Shown: positions 50,829 through 54,346 of the stretch, in pieces | How positions within the stretch are numbered: the stretch's first letter is position 1 | Layout of the letters: every line of letters begins with the position of its first letter | Source: Octopus bimaculoides | Lineage: Eukaryota | DNA: 54,346 bases | Reading direction: 5' to 3' | Assembly: GCF_001194135.2 (NCBI RefSeq) | Contig: NC_068983.1 | Coordinates: 19,096,468-19,150,813 of the forward strand | Position numbers and translations under genes: made by a program | The notes under the pieces: generated by a model | Told to the model about the DNA's origin: nothing | Seen by the model: only the letters and a program-made list of their open reading frames with translations | The model's database searches: none

Positions 50829-52197
50829 TCAACTAACCAACCAACCAACCAGTCAAAAGTCGATTCTTTGGTAATGAAATTAATGATGCATTAGATATTT
50901 CTAAGAGATTTTCAAGCTTGACATTGTTCACAAATAATTTAAATCCGCTCTCAGCAGCATACAAATAAAGTCTATTGTTGTAATTAAATAATTAAGAATA
51001 CTGGATTATTTCTACCTTAAAAGTAAATTTTAAGTAAATAGACCAACATGAACACACTAGAATCGTTGCAACTTCAGGTACTACTTCAGTAGCATAATAA
51101 TCATTGGATTTCTAATCATGTCATCTGGTGGTCTCGGTTCTATAGCTGACTGAGATTTATGTCGCCACTAACTGTATCAAAAAGAGTGCATTTAGCAAGC
51201 TAACATGAGAGTATCTTTTGTGATAGCTACTGCAGTATAATTTGTTCTAAAAGGAACGACCACGTTTAAGTGAGGCTAAATATTATCTCTTGATATTAAT
51301 ATTGCTACTGTCGCTAATAAATATTTTCGATTAATAATGCATAAAGAGTAACAGCTAATCCTGACAATGATATGCATCGTTATTTATGGTAGCCCTTCGG
51401 TGTGTTATATTAAAATTCTCCTAGTCATATAAAACTTATTTTAAATATCAATTGAATAGAGTCCCTACTATACTCCAAAGTGAAGATTGAGCATAGCTGT
51501 TTTAATGATGGTTACGTGGGACGAATGATTGAATACTGGACCAGGTTTGGGGAGAGCATGTTGTTGCACACAAGGGAAACAGAAAATTACACACTCACAC
51601 CTACACACACACACACAAACCGACGCACAGCACACACATTACACACACACACATACACGCATGCACACAAACATACACACAGACACACCACGCGCAGACA
51701 TATTTCTGATTGACATCACTGTGTATTAATTGTACACGATTACCATGAAAACCTGCCATCTCGTCATACAAATAGAAGATATATGTTTTCTCCCTCTTTT
51801 CTCTCTCTCTCCCTTTCTCTCCATGTATATATANNNNNNNNNNNNNNNNNNNNNNNNNNNNNNNNNNNNNNNNNNNNNNNNNNNNNNNNNNNNNNNNNNN
51901 NNNNNNNNNNNNNNNNNNNNNNNNNNNNNNNNNNNNNNATATATAAAGAGATAGGGGGATACACATATATGTACATACATACGCACATACACATGCAAGC
52001 AAAAATAATCTGTTGTTGATGTTCAAATTCCAATGAAGGAGCGTTGGAACTAGGTCAGAAACCGGCTCTTTCTCTGTTGGCAAGAAATCTTGAAATGACA
52101 TACTTACATAATATATACATACATGCCTGCATGCATACATACATATATACAAACCTGCATGCATACATACATGCATACCTACATACATACATACATC

Positions 52198-52530
52198 GTT
52201 GTTGGCACTCAGTCGCTTTTAACGTGCAAGTGGTTGAGCACGCCATAGACACGCGCACCCCTAACGTAGTTCTCGGGGGTATTCAGCGTGACAAAGTGTG
52301 ACAAGGCTGGCCCTTTGAATTACAAGCACAACAGAAACAAGAAGCAAGAGTGAGAGAAATGTGTGGTGAAAGAGTACAGCAGGGTTTGCCACCATCCCCT
52401 GCCGGAACCTCGTGAAGCGTTAGGTGTTTTCGCTCAATAAACACACACAACGCCGGTCTGGTAATCGAAACCGCGATCCTATCACCGCGAGTCCGGTGCC
52501 CCAACCACTGGGCCATTGCGCCTCCACACA
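52198..52530 (-). mobile_element. Near full-length tRNA-derived SINE (family 3)
   Basis: Reverse complement GTGTGGAGGCGCAATGGCCCAGTGGTTGGGG (A box TGGCCCAGTGG)...GCGGTTTCGATTACC (B box)...AAACCCTGCTGTACTCTTTCACCAC...GAGTGCCAACAAC. Confidence 0.9.
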
Positions 52531-53314
52531 TGTATACATACATACATAAATACACACATACATACAAAGGTAAGTAGACACATTCATAATGAGGTGAGAA
52601 CCAGAGGAACATTAAAATGAAGGAAACAGTAAAATTTAGATGCCAAATAAGCCTGCGTTGATTTATCGACGCCAATTTGTGGTCGTAGACTTGTCAGACG
52701 TTTAGTATGCATATAAATACTCACTAGTTGCATTACCGTAGAAAGCGACGTATGGTTTAAGATTTGCAAAATGTAATATATCACAAAAAGATATAAATAA
52801 AAAACAGTGTTCTGTTATTTGGATGTCGTTATTATCCTTTAACTCTTTATCCAAACATGTTACTAGCAGGTAATTTTGAAACATCATTCTATATCTAGTT
52901 TTAATTAAATGCTATTTAATATAAAATTTAACTTCAATCTACTTGATACTTTGAGAAATTAGCAGGTCAATTAACGCGATTTCCGTGCGTTCAGCCAATG
53001 AGTTGTCATTCCAGATTTCTGCCAAACATATATATGGATATTTGTACATACGGGGTTTAATAAATCTAAAACACTGACATGTCAGTTCGGTGTTATACAA
53101 CTTAACAAAGAGATATTAAATTACATATCAATACTAATAGGAACTATGGCTTTCCATATAGATTTTGCAGGATGAACATGTATACTGTAGTTCCACACAT
53201 ATGTACATACCCAGGGGGAGAAGTATGCATTCTTGCTGATTCTTTTTCCGTAGATGATGTAGTTTCACCTTATTTTGCAGTAATTTAAATGGATTTCTGA
53301 GTCTCTATTTATGC

Positions 53315-53527
53315 GTGTGTGTGCGTGCGTGTGTCGGTGAGTCTGTTCCTTCCTCACCACTCGAGAGCTGGCGTTCGTGTTTACGTCCACAAAACTATCG
53401 GTTTGACGAAAGAAATCCATACAAAAAGCGTTAGGTTTTAAAATAAATACGGGGGTCGACTCGTTAGACTAAAAGTCTTTCAGGTGGTGCGTCAACATGG
53501 CCGCAGTCTGGTGGATGAAACAAGTAA
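53315..53527 (+). mobile_element. SINE 3' half (family 1) following a (TG)n tract
   Basis: GTGTTTACGTCC...GGTTTGACGAAAGAAA...GGGGGTCGACTCGTTAGACT...CAACATGGCCGCAGTC...TGAAACAAGTAA matches 19820-20009. Confidence 0.7.
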
Positions 53528-54009
53528 CAAGGAAAAGGTACAACTTATAAGTCTCTAAGACATTAGTAATGAACGCCTGACAGTCTTTGCGTGCTATGAA
53601 TCGGGTTGGGCATTCGGTATAAATTTTAAAGTGCTTTGTATTGTCCGTCATATCGTAAAGGTTCTAAAGTCGTTGGGAATGTCATTACTGTAAATGTTAC
53701 GGAATATCTATCTACATTATGGTTTTTATTCTTTATGTGCTGCTGTATATTTCAAATCACTTGCTACAGCTACAACTCTCATCTCTCGTATTTTAGCATT
53801 GTATGACAATAAATTCTGTGACAGGAATTCGTGCTATGTTCAGGTATTAAATCCTAAGATTATGCCCGTATTTTTGATGTTTCAATCTTTCCACACGCTG
53901 TCCTGTCTTCGCTAAAGAGTAATTTCCATTGCTTTTCCCTGATCCCAAATATGTGAATAAATGAAATATATTTACATACGTTTGCTTAAGTAATAATATT
54001 TTTGATTAT

Positions 54010-54346
54010 ATACAGGAGAGATATAACACCGAATTTAGGAAGCTTATAGAAAAAGCATGGAAGAGATACCTGGACGATTGCTTCATAATCTGGACCAAAC
54101 CTCAAAGCATTGTGGAGGAATTTAACACCCTCCTGAACAACCTACACCCATCCATCCAATTCACAAAGGAGATGAACAGTAGCAAATTACCATTTCTAGA
54201 TATAATGGTAATTAAAAAGAACACCGCCATTACCACAGATATATATTACAAACACACAGACACACACCAATACTTGAACTTTAAATCGTGCCATCCACCC
54301 CATACAAAACGCAACATACCATACTGCCTAGCCAGGAGAATATGTA
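54010..54346 (+). mobile_element. 5'-truncated Penelope-like element; stop-free RT catalytic/thumb segment running off the window
   Basis: IQERYNTEFRKLIEKAWKRYLDDCFIIWTKPQSIVEEFNTLLNNLHPSIQFTKEMNSSKLPFLDIMVIKKNTAITTDIYYKHTDTHQYLNFKSCHPPHTKRNIPYCLARRIC: YxDD, LPFLD, YxKxT, YLxFxSxHP motifs. Missing from the ORF track. Confidence 0.93.

Noticed and set aside
24075-52530. A/B-box-bearing segments as tRNA genes
   Set aside because: No cloverleaf; they continue into multicopy SINE bodies.

Overview
AT-rich animal genomic scaffold, saturated with microsatellites and broken by roughly 6 kb of N gaps. The SINE families and repeat landscape resemble coleoid cephalopods (Octopus-like); this is my inference from recalled repeat families, not a database result. 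There are no rRNA, tRNA or CRISPR features and no complete gene. Most long ORFs in the track are artefacts of N-runs or simple repeats. Supported content: (i) one convincing host coding candidate, a mucin-type Thr/Pro/Ala-rich exon on the minus strand at ~42.1-42.76 kb, interrupted by either a 1-nt shift in an A7 run or a single in-frame amber codon, depending on frame; (ii) five Tc1/mariner relics, one full-length with TIRs and TA duplication; (iii) a non-autonomous Helitron (9370-11923) with both termini and two out-of-order RepHel fragments; (iv) an 8-bp-TSD TIR element with a perfect head-to-head telomeric (TTAGGG) palindrome, nested in a mariner; (v) two Penelope-like RT fragments and two decayed hammerhead-ribozyme-like motifs; (vi) LINE relics and many tRNA-derived SINEs. 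Best leads: the possibly recoded mucin exon, the telomere-palindrome transposon, the hammerhead motifs and the rearranged Helitron. All translations and pairings were done by eye.
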